Shown: positions 20,090 to 29,408 of the stretch, in pieces
How the letters are laid out: each line of letters begins with the position of its first letter
How positions within the stretch are numbered: the stretch's first letter is position 1
Assembly: GCA_034676605.1 (NCBI GenBank)
Contig: JAUCBW010000001.1
Location: forward strand, 2,049,996-2,113,995
Source: Flavobacteriaceae bacterium
GTDB lineage: Bacteria > Bacteroidota > Bacteroidia > Flavobacteriales > Flavobacteriaceae
Direction: 5' to 3'
DNA length: 64,000 nucleotides
The notes under the pieces: generated by a model
Databases searched by the model: none
Told to the model about the DNA's origin: nothing
The model's input: only the letters and a program-made list of their open reading frames with translations
Translations under genes and position numbers: made by a program

Positions 20090-21052
20090 ATGAAAAATAT
20101 ACTATACTTTTTGTTTTTTATAACGGTTAGTTATAAAGTAACAGCACAAATAACCTATATTCCTGACTCGGCTTTTGAACAAGCACTTATTAATTTGGAA
20201 ATTGATAGTGACGGAATTGTAAACGGACAAGTTTTGACAAGTGATGTGGAGAATGTCGTAGAACTTGAAATATTTGGATATGATTATTACGGATTATCTG
20301 ATATAACAGGAATTCAGGATTTTATCTCATTGGAAAAATTGTCAATTACATTTTCTGAAATAACAGAATTAGACGTAAGTCAGAATTTGCAGTTAAAAGA
20401 ATTGAACTGCGGTAATAACTTGCTTACTGAAATAGACGTTTCTTCCAACACATTATTAGAAGTTTTATATATCGGAAATTATGATGGAGATGTTGGTCCT
20501 TTTAATGAAATTATAGAAATCAACTTAAGTAATAATCCTTTGATACACACTTTTGACGCTTTAAATATGGATCTAATTTTCAATAAAATTAATCTTAAAA
20601 ACGGGAACAATAATCCGAATATGATTATTAGAATAGGTTTTGAGCCTTGGGGCTGGGGAGAGCCGGGTGAGCCTCCTTATCCCAATGTCTGTATAGAAGT
20701 TGATAATGCAGTGGCTGCTCAAAACAATCAATCTCCTTATTCGGATTGGACAGTTGTTCTTTGGTATATAACATACAGCTATACTGATGATGTTGAAGCT
20801 TGTGTATTAAACGTAAATTCATTTAAAGAAAAGAAAATAAGCATTTACCCCAATCCAGTTTCTGATATGCTGTATTTTGAAGCAGCAGATACTATAATAG
20901 AAAAAATAATGATATTTGACCTTTCGGGCAGAAAAATTTTGGAGCAAAATCAAGTAAACAACCTCTCTGTTTCAGACCTGCAAAAAGGAAATTATATCCT
21001 AAAAATAGTCTCTGACAAAGGAATACAAACAGAAAAGATAATTGTCAAATAA
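20090..21052 (+). CDS. T9SS type-A cargo with leucine-rich repeats (paralogue of the previous gene)
   Basis: Same architecture; the last 222 nt differ from the previous gene at 14 positions by my count. Confidence 0.85.
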   Translation: MKNILYFLFFITVSYKVTAQITYIPDSAFEQALINLEIDSDGIVNGQVLTSDVENVVELEIFGYDYYGLSDITGIQDFISLEKLSITFSEITELDVSQNLQLKELNCGNNLLTEIDVSSNTLLEVLYIGNYDGDVGPFNEIIEINLSNNPLIHTFDALNMDLIFNKINLKNGNNNPNMIIRIGFEPWGWGEPGEPPYPNVCIEVDNAVAAQNNQSPYSDWTVVLWYITYSYTDDVEACVLNVNSFKEKKISIYPNPVSDMLYFEAADTIIEKIMIFDLSGRKILEQNQVNNLSVSDLQKGNYILKIVSDKGIQTEKIIVK

Positions 21053-21247
21053 AGAACCTCCTGTAGCAAGGGTTTTGCAAGAGAGCGTGTTAAATGCCTC
21101 ATTTGAAACTTTTTGCAAATTTGAACATTCAGGCTTCGATTCAGATGTGATGTTAAAAATCCGCTTGTTTACCAATAGAAAGAAAACAAAGAGAACCTGA
21201 AACCTGCTTATTCGCCGCAGAAGAGAAACAAAAACCATCAGAATAAA

Positions 21248-21288
21248 AAAAGCCTTAAAACATTAACTTAGAATGTTTTAAGGCTTTT
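21248..21288 (-). terminator. Hairpin next to the distal att core (displaced tRNA-Leu terminator)
   Basis: Perfect 17-bp stem aaaagccttaaaacatt / aatgttttaaggctttt, with an A-run (U-tract on the minus strand). Confidence 0.7.
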
Positions 21289-21291
21289 ATG

Positions 21292-21305
21292 TTGTGCGGG
21301 TGAAA
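21292..21305. repeat. att direct repeat (copy of the tRNA-Leu 3' end)
   Basis: ttgtgcgggtgaaa, identical to 24361-24374. Confidence 0.9.
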
Positions 21306-21490
21306 TAAGTATAACCTTTTATTTTATTAAAACCAATCAATGTATTTTTAATAATTAAATCACTAAAAAACAAGTGTTTAATTTATTTTAAACTTATTTG
21401 AATTTAATTACAATAACTTGATTTTAAATTTTTGGGGGTAAAACTGGGGGTAAAAAATAATATTTTCTATCTTTAAAAGAATTTATTAAA

Positions 21491-22801
21491 ATGGCTTCGG
21501 TAAGTTACAGGGTAAAAAATTCAAATTCTGAATGGGCTTCTATTTATGTAAGATTTAAGCAAGGAAATCAATTTGATACAGAAGCAACAACATCTTTAGA
21601 ATGTCCAGTAGAAAGATGGAGTAAAGTCAAACAAGAGGTTTTATCTACTCCTTTGCTTAAATATAAAGAAGTAAATAAAAAACTAAATGAATTTAAGGTT
21701 TACCTTAAAAATGAATACGAAAGCACTAAAACAAATGAAGATGAAATTATAATAAATAACAATTGGTTAAAGGATAAAATCAATTATTTCTTCAACAAGC
21801 AAAATGTTAATGAGGAAGAAAAGAAAAAGTTGTTTTTTGTTGATTATATTTTAAGCTTCATTGAGGAATCTAAAACAAAAAGAAATCGTTTAGGCAATCC
21901 AATAAAAGAACGAACTATACAACATTATAAAACAACTTTGAATAAAATAAATAGCTATCAAGATTTTACAAATAGAATACTTAAAATAACAGATATTAAT
22001 CTTGACTTTCATAATAAATTCATTAGCTATCTTGAGAATGAAGAAAGGTTAAATAACAACACTATCGGAGGATATATTGATGATATTAAGTTGTTTTGTA
22101 ATAACGCTTCTAAAAAAGGTTTAAAAATTTCGACCGATGTTAAATCTTCCGATTTTTATACTCCTAAAAACAAAACAAATGATATTTATTTAAGAGAAGA
22201 TGAGATTACTAATATATTCAATTGTGATTTAGATTTAGATTATTTTGATAATGCTAGAGATTGGTTTGTTATTGGTTTAAGAACAGGCTTAAGGGTTTCT
22301 GATTTACTTAAGTTAGATAAAAGCTTTGTTGAGGATGATGAGTTTATTTGTTTAACAACTATAAAAACGGAATATCCTATAATTATACCAATACACGACC
22401 AAGTTAGAAAAATACTTCAAAAAAGAAACGGAGATTTTCCAAGAAAAATTAGCGACCAAAAGTTCAATGATTATATAAAAATTGTAGCTCAAAAAGCAGG
22501 TATAATTGAAATGGTTGATGGTTCTAGGATGGACGAGGTTAAAATCACTGAAAACAATAAAGAAAAAACTCTTCACAGAAAATTAAACAAAAAACATCCT
22601 AAATATGAGTTGGTGTCAAGTCATATTTGTAGAAGAACTTTTGCTACAAATCTTTACGGACAGATTGATACGATGACGATTATGAAGATAACGGGTCACG
22701 CTACAGAAAGACAATTTTTAAATTATATAAAAATAACCCCAAAAGAATATGCTTTAAGGCTTAAGGCACTTTGGGAAAGACAGTTATCGACAAATCCTTA
22801 A
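21491..22801 (+). CDS. Tyrosine recombinase / phage-type integrase
   Basis: Catalytic residues in GLRVSDL, SHICRRTFAT, ITGH and FLNYIK; N-terminal arm-binding and SAM-like regions. Confidence 0.93.
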   Translation: MASVSYRVKNSNSEWASIYVRFKQGNQFDTEATTSLECPVERWSKVKQEVLSTPLLKYKEVNKKLNEFKVYLKNEYESTKTNEDEIIINNNWLKDKINYFFNKQNVNEEEKKKLFFVDYILSFIEESKTKRNRLGNPIKERTIQHYKTTLNKINSYQDFTNRILKITDINLDFHNKFISYLENEERLNNNTIGGYIDDIKLFCNNASKKGLKISTDVKSSDFYTPKNKTNDIYLREDEITNIFNCDLDLDYFDNARDWFVIGLRTGLRVSDLLKLDKSFVEDDEFICLTTIKTEYPIIIPIHDQVRKILQKRNGDFPRKISDQKFNDYIKIVAQKAGIIEMVDGSRMDEVKITENNKEKTLHRKLNKKHPKYELVSSHICRRTFATNLYGQIDTMTIMKITGHATERQFLNYIKITPKEYALRLKALWERQLSTNP

Positions 22802-22804
22802 TTT

Positions 22805-22913
22805 TTTAAACCTATAGGTTGATAAAATATTCATATTTTAAACTTATAAGTTTATAAATATTTGTTTTTTTAAACTTATAGATTTAATTTTGTGCTGTGT
22901 TTTAAACTTATAG
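22805..22913 (+). promoter_or_regulatory. Four-fold operator-like array with a -7 promoter box
   Basis: TTTAAAC(C/T)TATA(G/A) starts at 22805, 22837, 22869 and 22901; TAATTTTG at 22885-22892. Confidence 0.7.
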
Positions 22914-22917
22914 ACTG

Positions 22918-23382
22918 ATGAAAGATAAGAAAAGAATATTATTGATAGAGCAATTAGATTCAAAGCTGATGTGTTTTAGAGAAGTTGAAGATGTTATTTC
23001 TCCATCTGTTGGGTGGATAAAATCAATTAGAACCGCTTTAAAAATGTCTTTAAGGCAATTAGGAGGTAGATTAAACATAAGTCCTCAAGCTGTTAGAAAT
23101 ATGGAGAAAAGAGAAGCAGAGGGAACAATCACTTTAAATACTTTAAAAGAATTGGCTTTTGCTTTGGATATGCGTTTTGTATATGGTTTTATACCAAAAG
23201 ATGGCTCTATTGAACAAATGATTGAAAAAAGAGCTAAAGAGATTGCAACAGAAATTGTATCTCGAACAAACACTACTATGACTTTGGAAGACCAGCAAAA
23301 CTCTAAAGAACGAATCAAAAAAGCAATAGAGCAAAAATCAAAGGAAATAAAATACGAAATGCCTAAATACTTGTGGGATTAG
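22918..23382 (+). CDS. Mobile mystery protein A (XRE-family HTH)
   Basis: GWIKSIRTALKMSLRQLG...EKREAEGTITLNTL...ALDMRFVYGF...TMTLEDQ; directly upstream of a Fic gene. Confidence 0.88.
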   Translation: MKDKKRILLIEQLDSKLMCFREVEDVISPSVGWIKSIRTALKMSLRQLGGRLNISPQAVRNMEKREAEGTITLNTLKELAFALDMRFVYGFIPKDGSIEQMIEKRAKEIATEIVSRTNTTMTLEDQQNSKERIKKAIEQKSKEIKYEMPKYLWD

Positions 23383-23969
23383 AAATAAAGTATATTGACG
23401 GACAAACTCCTTTAAGTATTGAAGAAATAGAGGGATTAAAAATCCCTTCAATTTCAACCCGAAGTGAACTTGATGAATTTGAACAACTAAACATAGAAAA
23501 GGCTATTGAGTGGACAATACGCTTAAAAATTAAACCCGACCAGTTGTTTTCTGAAAAGTTTGTACTTGATTTACACAAAAGAATGTATAATGACGTGTGG
23601 AAATGGGCAGGAAAATTCAGAAAATCAGAAAAGAATATAAGGATTCCGAGTTATAGAATAGCTGTTGAATTAAAGAATTTACTTGATGATGCTTTGTTTT
23701 GGTATCAAAACGAAACATACCCAAAACAAGAATTAGCTGTTAGGTTCAAACACAGATTAGTAAGCATTCACTGTTTTGCTAATGGAAACGGACGACATTC
23801 CCGTTTAATGGCTGATTTAATTTTAGAAAAACTGTTTAATGATAAATATTTTTCTTGGGGAAGTGGAAATCTTATTAAAGCTAACGAAGTAAGAGAGAAA
23901 TATATAAAATCACTAAAAGAAGCGGATAACCAAAACTACAAACCTTTGATTGACTTTGCGAGTTCTTGA
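23373..23969 (+). CDS. Mobile mystery protein B (Fic domain)
   Basis: GQTPL...ELDEFEQLNI N-terminus, WAGKFR, and Fic motif HCFANGNGRHSR; overlaps the A gene by 10 nt. Confidence 0.88.
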   Translation: MGLEIKYIDGQTPLSIEEIEGLKIPSISTRSELDEFEQLNIEKAIEWTIRLKIKPDQLFSEKFVLDLHKRMYNDVWKWAGKFRKSEKNIRIPSYRIAVELKNLLDDALFWYQNETYPKQELAVRFKHRLVSIHCFANGNGRHSRLMADLILEKLFNDKYFSWGSGNLIKANEVREKYIKSLKEADNQNYKPLIDFASS

Positions 23970-24007
23970 AGAAACATTGATAAAATGTAAGATATTATAA
24001 TTAAAGG

Positions 24008-24191
24008 AACCCGTTGGGTGAAATTAAAAATAGATTGATTTTTCCGTCAGTTCGAGTGATTTTTCGTAGTGAAACGAAGAAAAATTGTATCGAGAACTAA
24101 ATAAAAATACTTCTCGATACAAAATTCCCTTCACTTCGTTACAGAAATTTCACTCGAAGTGACGATTTGAAGTAATTTCACCCAACGGGTT
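24008..24191. mobile_element. MITE-like non-coding element with a nested palindrome
   Basis: Perfect 19-bp terminal inverted repeats aacccgttgggtgaaatta / taatttcacccaacgggtt; inner IRs ttcgagtga/tcactcgaa and ttgtatcgagaa/ttctcgatacaa. Confidence 0.7.
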
Positions 24192-24363
24192 AAAATAATG
24201 AGTATTTTTCTTGTTTTAATTATGTAGGGTTAGTTGCTATTCATTTAGATTAAATAGAGTTTATTTGGTGGGTGTTTTGAAAAATGGGGGTGTTTTTAGG
24301 GGTGTTTAGAAAACAAAAAAGCCTTAAAATATTGAATTACAATAGATTAAGGCTTTATATTTG

Positions 24364-24445
24364 TGCGGGTGAAAGGACTCGAACCTTCACACCGTGAGGC
24401 ACCAGATCCTAAGTCTGGCGTGTCTACCAATTTCACCACACCCGC
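24364..24445 (-). tRNA. tRNA-Leu (anticodon TAG)
   Basis: Acceptor stem GCGGGTG/CACCCGC, anticodon arm ccaga-cttagga-tctgg, long variable arm, TTCGAG T-loop; TATATTTG box at 24483-24476; CCA not encoded. Confidence 0.96.
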
Positions 24446-24607
24446 TGAAATTTGTTTTCCCCGATTAAGAGAGTGCAAATATACATATATATTGGTTATT
24501 TCAAATAATTATTTAAAAAAAATTGATGTTTTTTTTCATATAAGCATTAGTTATTATTCATTATATTTGCATCCTAATCAACTAATGAATTGAAAACAAA
24601 CCTTTTA

Positions 24608-25696
24608 ATGAATACACCAACCTTCTCAAGACAAGATTCGCTCAAATTCTTTAGGACACTTAACACTCGCGTAAACAACTACTTCAAAGATAATAACATC
24701 AAGAAATCAGGTAACTGGAAGCTATACGTCAAAACAATAATCATGTTTGCTATCTTCTTGACCCCTTATTTTTTAATATTAACTCTTGATATTTCTGATT
24801 GGTGGAAGCTATTGTTCACCGTAATCATCGGTATCGGAATGGCAGGAGTAGGAATGAACGTAATGCATGACGGAAACCATGGCGCATATTCTACAAAACC
24901 TTGGATTAACAAAATCATGGGGTCTAGTATTTATATTTTAGCAGGAAACGTATATAACTGGCAAGTACAACACAACGTGCTGCACCATACATACACTAAT
25001 ATTCACGGTCACGACGAAGATCTTGATGCAGGAAGAATTATCCGATTCACAAAAGACGCAGAATGGCTTCGCTTTCATAAATTCCAGCATTATTACTCCA
25101 TTTTCCTATACGGACTATTGACCTTCAACTGGGCAATCACTACTGACTTCAAACAGATGAGAAGCTACCTAAAGAGAAAACTGTCTTACGGAGAACCAAA
25201 AAGCCCAAGAAAAGAATGGACAGTGCTAGTCATCACCAAAATACTTTACTTCTCTATCTGGCTTGTTATTCCGATGGTATTGGGTATAACCTGGTGGAAA
25301 GTGCTTATCGGATTTTTTGTGATGCACTATGTTGCAGGACTTATATTAAGTGTTGTGTTCCAACTTGCACACGTTGTTGAAGAGACACACAACCCAAAGC
25401 CGAACGAAAATGGGGAATTAGAAAACACTTGGGCTATACATCAATTATACACTACTGCTAACTTCGCACCTACAAACTGGGTTGTCAACTGGTATACAGG
25501 CGGATTAAACCACCAAATAGAACACCATATTTTTCCGAATATCAGTCACGTACACTACGGAAAAATAGCTGAAATAGTAAAGGAAACCACCAAAGAATTC
25601 AACCTACCTTACTATGAATTCAAAACTACTCGTGAGGCAATAGCTTCTCACTTCAGGCACTTAAAAGAATTAGGAGTAGAACCTCAAACAGCGTAA
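24608..25696 (+). CDS. Membrane fatty-acid (acyl-CoA) desaturase
   Basis: His boxes HDGNH, HNVLHH and QIEHH; TATATTTG box at 24562-24569. Confidence 0.92.
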   Translation: MNTPTFSRQDSLKFFRTLNTRVNNYFKDNNIKKSGNWKLYVKTIIMFAIFLTPYFLILTLDISDWWKLLFTVIIGIGMAGVGMNVMHDGNHGAYSTKPWINKIMGSSIYILAGNVYNWQVQHNVLHHTYTNIHGHDEDLDAGRIIRFTKDAEWLRFHKFQHYYSIFLYGLLTFNWAITTDFKQMRSYLKRKLSYGEPKSPRKEWTVLVITKILYFSIWLVIPMVLGITWWKVLIGFFVMHYVAGLILSVVFQLAHVVEETHNPKPNENGELENTWAIHQLYTTANFAPTNWVVNWYTGGLNHQIEHHIFPNISHVHYGKIAEIVKETTKEFNLPYYEFKTTREAIASHFRHLKELGVEPQTA

Positions 25697-25701
25697 TTTT
25701 T

Positions 25702-26892
25702 ATGAATCACTTATTATCTGACAGAATAAACAGCCTAGCTGTATCTCAAACCCTTGAGATGGCAGCAAAAGTAAGAGAACTTAAAGCAGAAGGCAAAGAT
25801 ATCATCAGCCTAAGCTTAGGAGAACCTGATTTTAACACTCCGGACTTCATCAAAGAAGCAGCTATCAAAGCTATTCACGAAAACTATAGTAGTTACACTC
25901 CAGTTGACGGCTATTTAGAGTTGCGTCAAGCCATTAGTGAGAAATTCAAAAGAGATAATGAACTGAGCTATAAACCATCACAGATAGTAGTTTCTACGGG
26001 CGCAAAGCAATCTTTGTTTAATGTGGCTCAAGTGTTGTTAAATCCTGGCGATGAATGTATTCTGCCGGCACCTTATTGGGTGAGTTATTTCGAAATTATC
26101 AAGATGTCTGATGGAGTACCGGTAGTGGTGCCGACATCAGTAGATTCTAACTTTAAGATTACAGCACAACAACTCGAGCAAGCCATTACTCCAAAGACCA
26201 AGATGGTGATGTTTAGCTCGCCGTGCAACCCTAGCGGATCAGTTTACAGCAAAGAAGAACTTACAATGCTTGCTGAGGTACTCAAAAAGCACCCTAATAT
26301 CTTTGTCGTATCTGACGAAATCTATGAACATATCAACTTTACGGGAAGCTTCTGCTCGATAGCCTCAATCGACGGGATGTATGACAGAACTATAACTGTA
26401 AACGGCGTTTCAAAAGCATTTGCGATGACAGGTTGGAGGATTGGATACATCGGAGCGCCTGAATTTATTGCTAAAGCATGTACCAAAATGCAAGGACAAA
26501 TCACAAGTGGTGCCAATTCAATTGCTCAACGCGCTACGATTTCAGCTTTACTAGCTGACCCGAAAGAAATCGATTATATGGTTCAGAAGTTTCATAAACG
26601 AAGAGACTTAGTAACCACTATGCTGCAGGATATACCTAACCTTAAAACCACAATTCCAGAAGGAGCATTCTATGCTTTCCCAGATGTTTCTTGGTATTTC
26701 GGAAAAACACTCAGAGGAAAACTAATCAAAGACAGTGAGGATTTGGCCATGTATTTGCTAGAAGAAGCTTTCGTTGCAACGGTAACGGGTTCGGCTTTCG
26801 GAAATCCAAATTGCATCCGATTGTCCTACGCTACCAGCGAAGAAGAACTTAAAGAAGCCTTGAGCAGAGTAAAAAAAGCATTAACGGAATAA
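25702..26892 (+). CDS. PLP-dependent aminotransferase class I (aspartate aminotransferase-like)
   Basis: LGEPDF, PCNPSG, SDEIY and GVSKAFAMTGWRIG (PLP lysine). Confidence 0.92.
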   Translation: MNHLLSDRINSLAVSQTLEMAAKVRELKAEGKDIISLSLGEPDFNTPDFIKEAAIKAIHENYSSYTPVDGYLELRQAISEKFKRDNELSYKPSQIVVSTGAKQSLFNVAQVLLNPGDECILPAPYWVSYFEIIKMSDGVPVVVPTSVDSNFKITAQQLEQAITPKTKMVMFSSPCNPSGSVYSKEELTMLAEVLKKHPNIFVVSDEIYEHINFTGSFCSIASIDGMYDRTITVNGVSKAFAMTGWRIGYIGAPEFIAKACTKMQGQITSGANSIAQRATISALLADPKEIDYMVQKFHKRRDLVTTMLQDIPNLKTTIPEGAFYAFPDVSWYFGKTLRGKLIKDSEDLAMYLLEEAFVATVTGSAFGNPNCIRLSYATSEEELKEALSRVKKALTE

Positions 26893-27092
26893 ACTTTTGA
26901 GTTTACACTTTACTATATGCTACCACATCAACCCGAAGAATTTATCTTCGGTTTTTTGTTTTTATAGCCCTCTGCTCTTCTGCTTTAATAGCTTCTAACT
27001 AGTTGTCCTAAATATTCTAAACCAACAATTTTAAAGTCTTTTTAAAGTCTAATAGCTTATTTATCTATCTTTGCTCCAAATTAGATCAATCT

Positions 27093-28328
27093 GTGAGTAA
27101 TACAAACAAGCTGAAAATATTTAATGACCCAATTTATGGGTTTATATCTATTCCTAGCGAGTTGATATATGATTTGATTGAACATCGCTATTTTCAAAGG
27201 CTGCGTCGTATCTCACAATTGGGATTGTCTTATTTGGTGTATCCAGGTGCAACACACACTAGATTTCACCATGCCTTAGGCTGTATGCATTTGATGCAAA
27301 AAGCAGTGGAGGTTCTTAGACAGAAAAATGTAGCGATTTCAAAAGAAGAAGAGCAAGCCTTGTATATAGCTATTTTATTGCACGATATTGGTCACGGACC
27401 ATTCTCTCACGCAATGGAGCACAGCATCGTAAACATACACCACGAAGATATTTCGCTTATGTTTATGGAAAAGCTAAACACTGAGTTTAATGGAGCTCTT
27501 TCTTTGGCGATTGATGTCTTTAGAGGAAAGTATAAACGTAAGTTTTTGCTCCAACTCATCTCAGGTCAGTTTGACATGGACCGAATGGATTATCTGAAAA
27601 GAGATAGTTTTTATTCGGGCGTTGCAGAAGGAAATATCAACTCTGAAAGGCTTATTCAGATGATTAATGTGGTAGATGATGAGCTAGTAATCGACGAAAA
27701 AGGCATTTATTCAGTTGAGAAGTTTTTAGTCTCAAGACGATTGATGTATTGGCAAGCTTACCTTCATAAGACCAGTATTGTAGCTGAGCAGATTCTTATG
27801 AATACGCTTAAGAGGGCTAAAGAGCTGACCGAGAAAGGGAAGGATCTTAATAGTGGTTCGGGACTTAGCTTCTTTTTAGAAAAGAAAATAGATGTGCATA
27901 ATTTTGATGATGCGATTCTAGAGAGATTTGCCTTGTTGGATGATGTAGATGTGCTTTTTGCGCTGAAACAATGGCGGAAATCAGATGATTATGTATTGAG
28001 TAGTTTGAGTACTATGCTTATTAATAGAGATTTACTTAAGATTGAGATTAGTCCTGAAAGGTTTACAAAAGAGAGACTTAGCCAATTGCAAAAGGCCTAT
28101 GCTGACCAAGTAAATATCACACTTAAGGAGAGTGAATTCTTTGTCTTTAAAGGTAAAATAAGCAACAAGGCTTATGACAAATCTTCTGAGCCCATCTTGA
28201 TTTTACACAAAACCGGAAAAGTTGAGGACATGATTTCTGCTACAGATAAATCATACCTGAGAAGCCTTTCTGAAGAGGTGACAAAATATTTTATATGTTA
28301 CCCAGAGGTCATAAGACGAAAGTCTTAA
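27093..28328 (+). CDS. HD-domain phosphohydrolase
   Basis: FQRLRRISQLG, HTRFHH, LHDIGHGPFSH and DMDRMDYL; TATCTTTG box at 27066-27073. Confidence 0.9.
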   Translation: MSNTNKLKIFNDPIYGFISIPSELIYDLIEHRYFQRLRRISQLGLSYLVYPGATHTRFHHALGCMHLMQKAVEVLRQKNVAISKEEEQALYIAILLHDIGHGPFSHAMEHSIVNIHHEDISLMFMEKLNTEFNGALSLAIDVFRGKYKRKFLLQLISGQFDMDRMDYLKRDSFYSGVAEGNINSERLIQMINVVDDELVIDEKGIYSVEKFLVSRRLMYWQAYLHKTSIVAEQILMNTLKRAKELTEKGKDLNSGSGLSFFLEKKIDVHNFDDAILERFALLDDVDVLFALKQWRKSDDYVLSSLSTMLINRDLLKIEISPERFTKERLSQLQKAYADQVNITLKESEFFVFKGKISNKAYDKSSEPILILHKTGKVEDMISATDKSYLRSLSEEVTKYFICYPEVIRRKS

Positions 28329-28361
28329 TGTTTTTTTGAAATTTTTTATATTTTTGTCTGA

Positions 28362-29381
28362 ATGAAATTTACCGTACAACAAATAGCAGATATTCTTGAA
28401 GGTGAGATTATCGGAAATCCAGAAGCAGAAGTTCATCAACTTTCTAAGATAGAAGAAGGCACCGACGGATCGCTTACTTTTCTGGCGAATCCGAAGTATC
28501 AACACCATATATATACTACACAAGCTACTGCGACAATAGTGAGCAAAACCTTTGTAGCAGAAAATCCTGTGGCTACAATCCTCATAAAAGTAGAGGATGC
28601 CTACAAAGCTTTTTCGAGGCTATTAGAATACTACAACCAAGTCAAACCTGTAAAATCAGGAATTGAGCAACCTAGTTTTATATCCAAAGGTACGGTTTAC
28701 GGAGAGAATGTCTATATAGGTGCTTTTTCGTATATCGGACAAAATGTAGTTATCGGTGACAACGTAAAGATTTATCCTAACTCATATATTGGTGATAACT
28801 CAAGCATAGGCGATAATACGATTTTGCACGCTGGGGTGAAGATTTATTCTGAAACGGTAATCGGAAAGAATTGTATTCTGCACTCAGGTGTAATTATAGG
28901 CTCTGACGGTTTTGGTTTTAGTCCAAACGAAGATGGGAGTTATAGCAAAGTACCTCAAACGGGTAACGTGATTATCGAAGATAATGTTGAGATAGGTTCC
29001 GTGACAACCATTGATAGAGCAACGCTCGGAAGTACGATAATCAGAAAAGGAGTGAAATTAGATAACCAAATTCAGATTGCGCACAATGTCGAAGTAGGCG
29101 AAAACACTGTAATCGCTTCACAAACCGGAGTTGCAGGGTCTACTAAAATTGGCAAGAATTGTATCATCGGAGGGCAAGTAGGAATCGTAGGGCACGTCAC
29201 AATAGGAAACGGAGTGAAGGTTCAGGCACAATCAGGAATCGGCAAAAGTCTGGCTGATGGAGATGTAGTTCAGGGAAGTCCAGCCTTCGGATACGGGGAC
29301 TTTGCAAAATCTTTCGTACATTTCAAAAATTTCCCAAAAATCGTAGCCGATTTAGAAGAAATAAAAAAGAGAAATATCTAA
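28362..29381 (+). CDS. lpxD: UDP-3-O-acylglucosamine N-acyltransferase
   Basis: LTFLANPKY, hexapeptide repeats, GSDGFGF and [11 protein letters not shown]. Confidence 0.95.
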   Translation: MKFTVQQIADILEGEIIGNPEAEVHQLSKIEEGTDGSLTFLANPKYQHHIYTTQATATIVSKTFVAENPVATILIKVEDAYKAFSRLLEYYNQVKPVKSGIEQPSFISKGTVYGENVYIGAFSYIGQNVVIGDNVKIYPNSYIGDNSSIGDNTILHAGVKIYSETVIGKNCILHSGVIIGSDGFGFSPNEDGSYSKVPQTGNVIIEDNVEIGSVTTIDRATLGSTIIRKGVKLDNQIQIAHNVEVGENTVIASQTGVAGSTKIGKNCIIGGQVGIVGHVTIGNGVKVQAQSGIGKSLADGDVVQGSPAFGYGDFAKSFVHFKNFPKIVADLEEIKKRNI

Positions 29382-29408
29382 TTCTTAATCATAGGAAAAG
29401 AAATTATA

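Larger units (their letters stand above)
21292..24374. mobile_element. Small integrative element at tRNA-Leu
   Basis: 14-bp direct repeats, one of them in the tRNA; encloses a tyrosine integrase and the mobile mystery A/B pair. Confidence 0.85.

Noticed and set aside
19861-21052. Near-identical 3' ends of the T9SS paralogues as a DGR template/variable repeat pair
   Set aside because: Mismatches are not confined to adenines, both copies are coding, and there is no reverse transcriptase in the window.
22805-22913. Regularly spaced repeats as a mini-CRISPR array
   Set aside because: The 13-bp repeats and 19-bp spacers are too short, the spacers are AT-rich and promoter-like, and no cas genes are present; an operator array fits better.
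24363-24593. 76-aa ORF in the track
   Set aside because: Antisense to tRNA-Leu and its promoter; no protein features.
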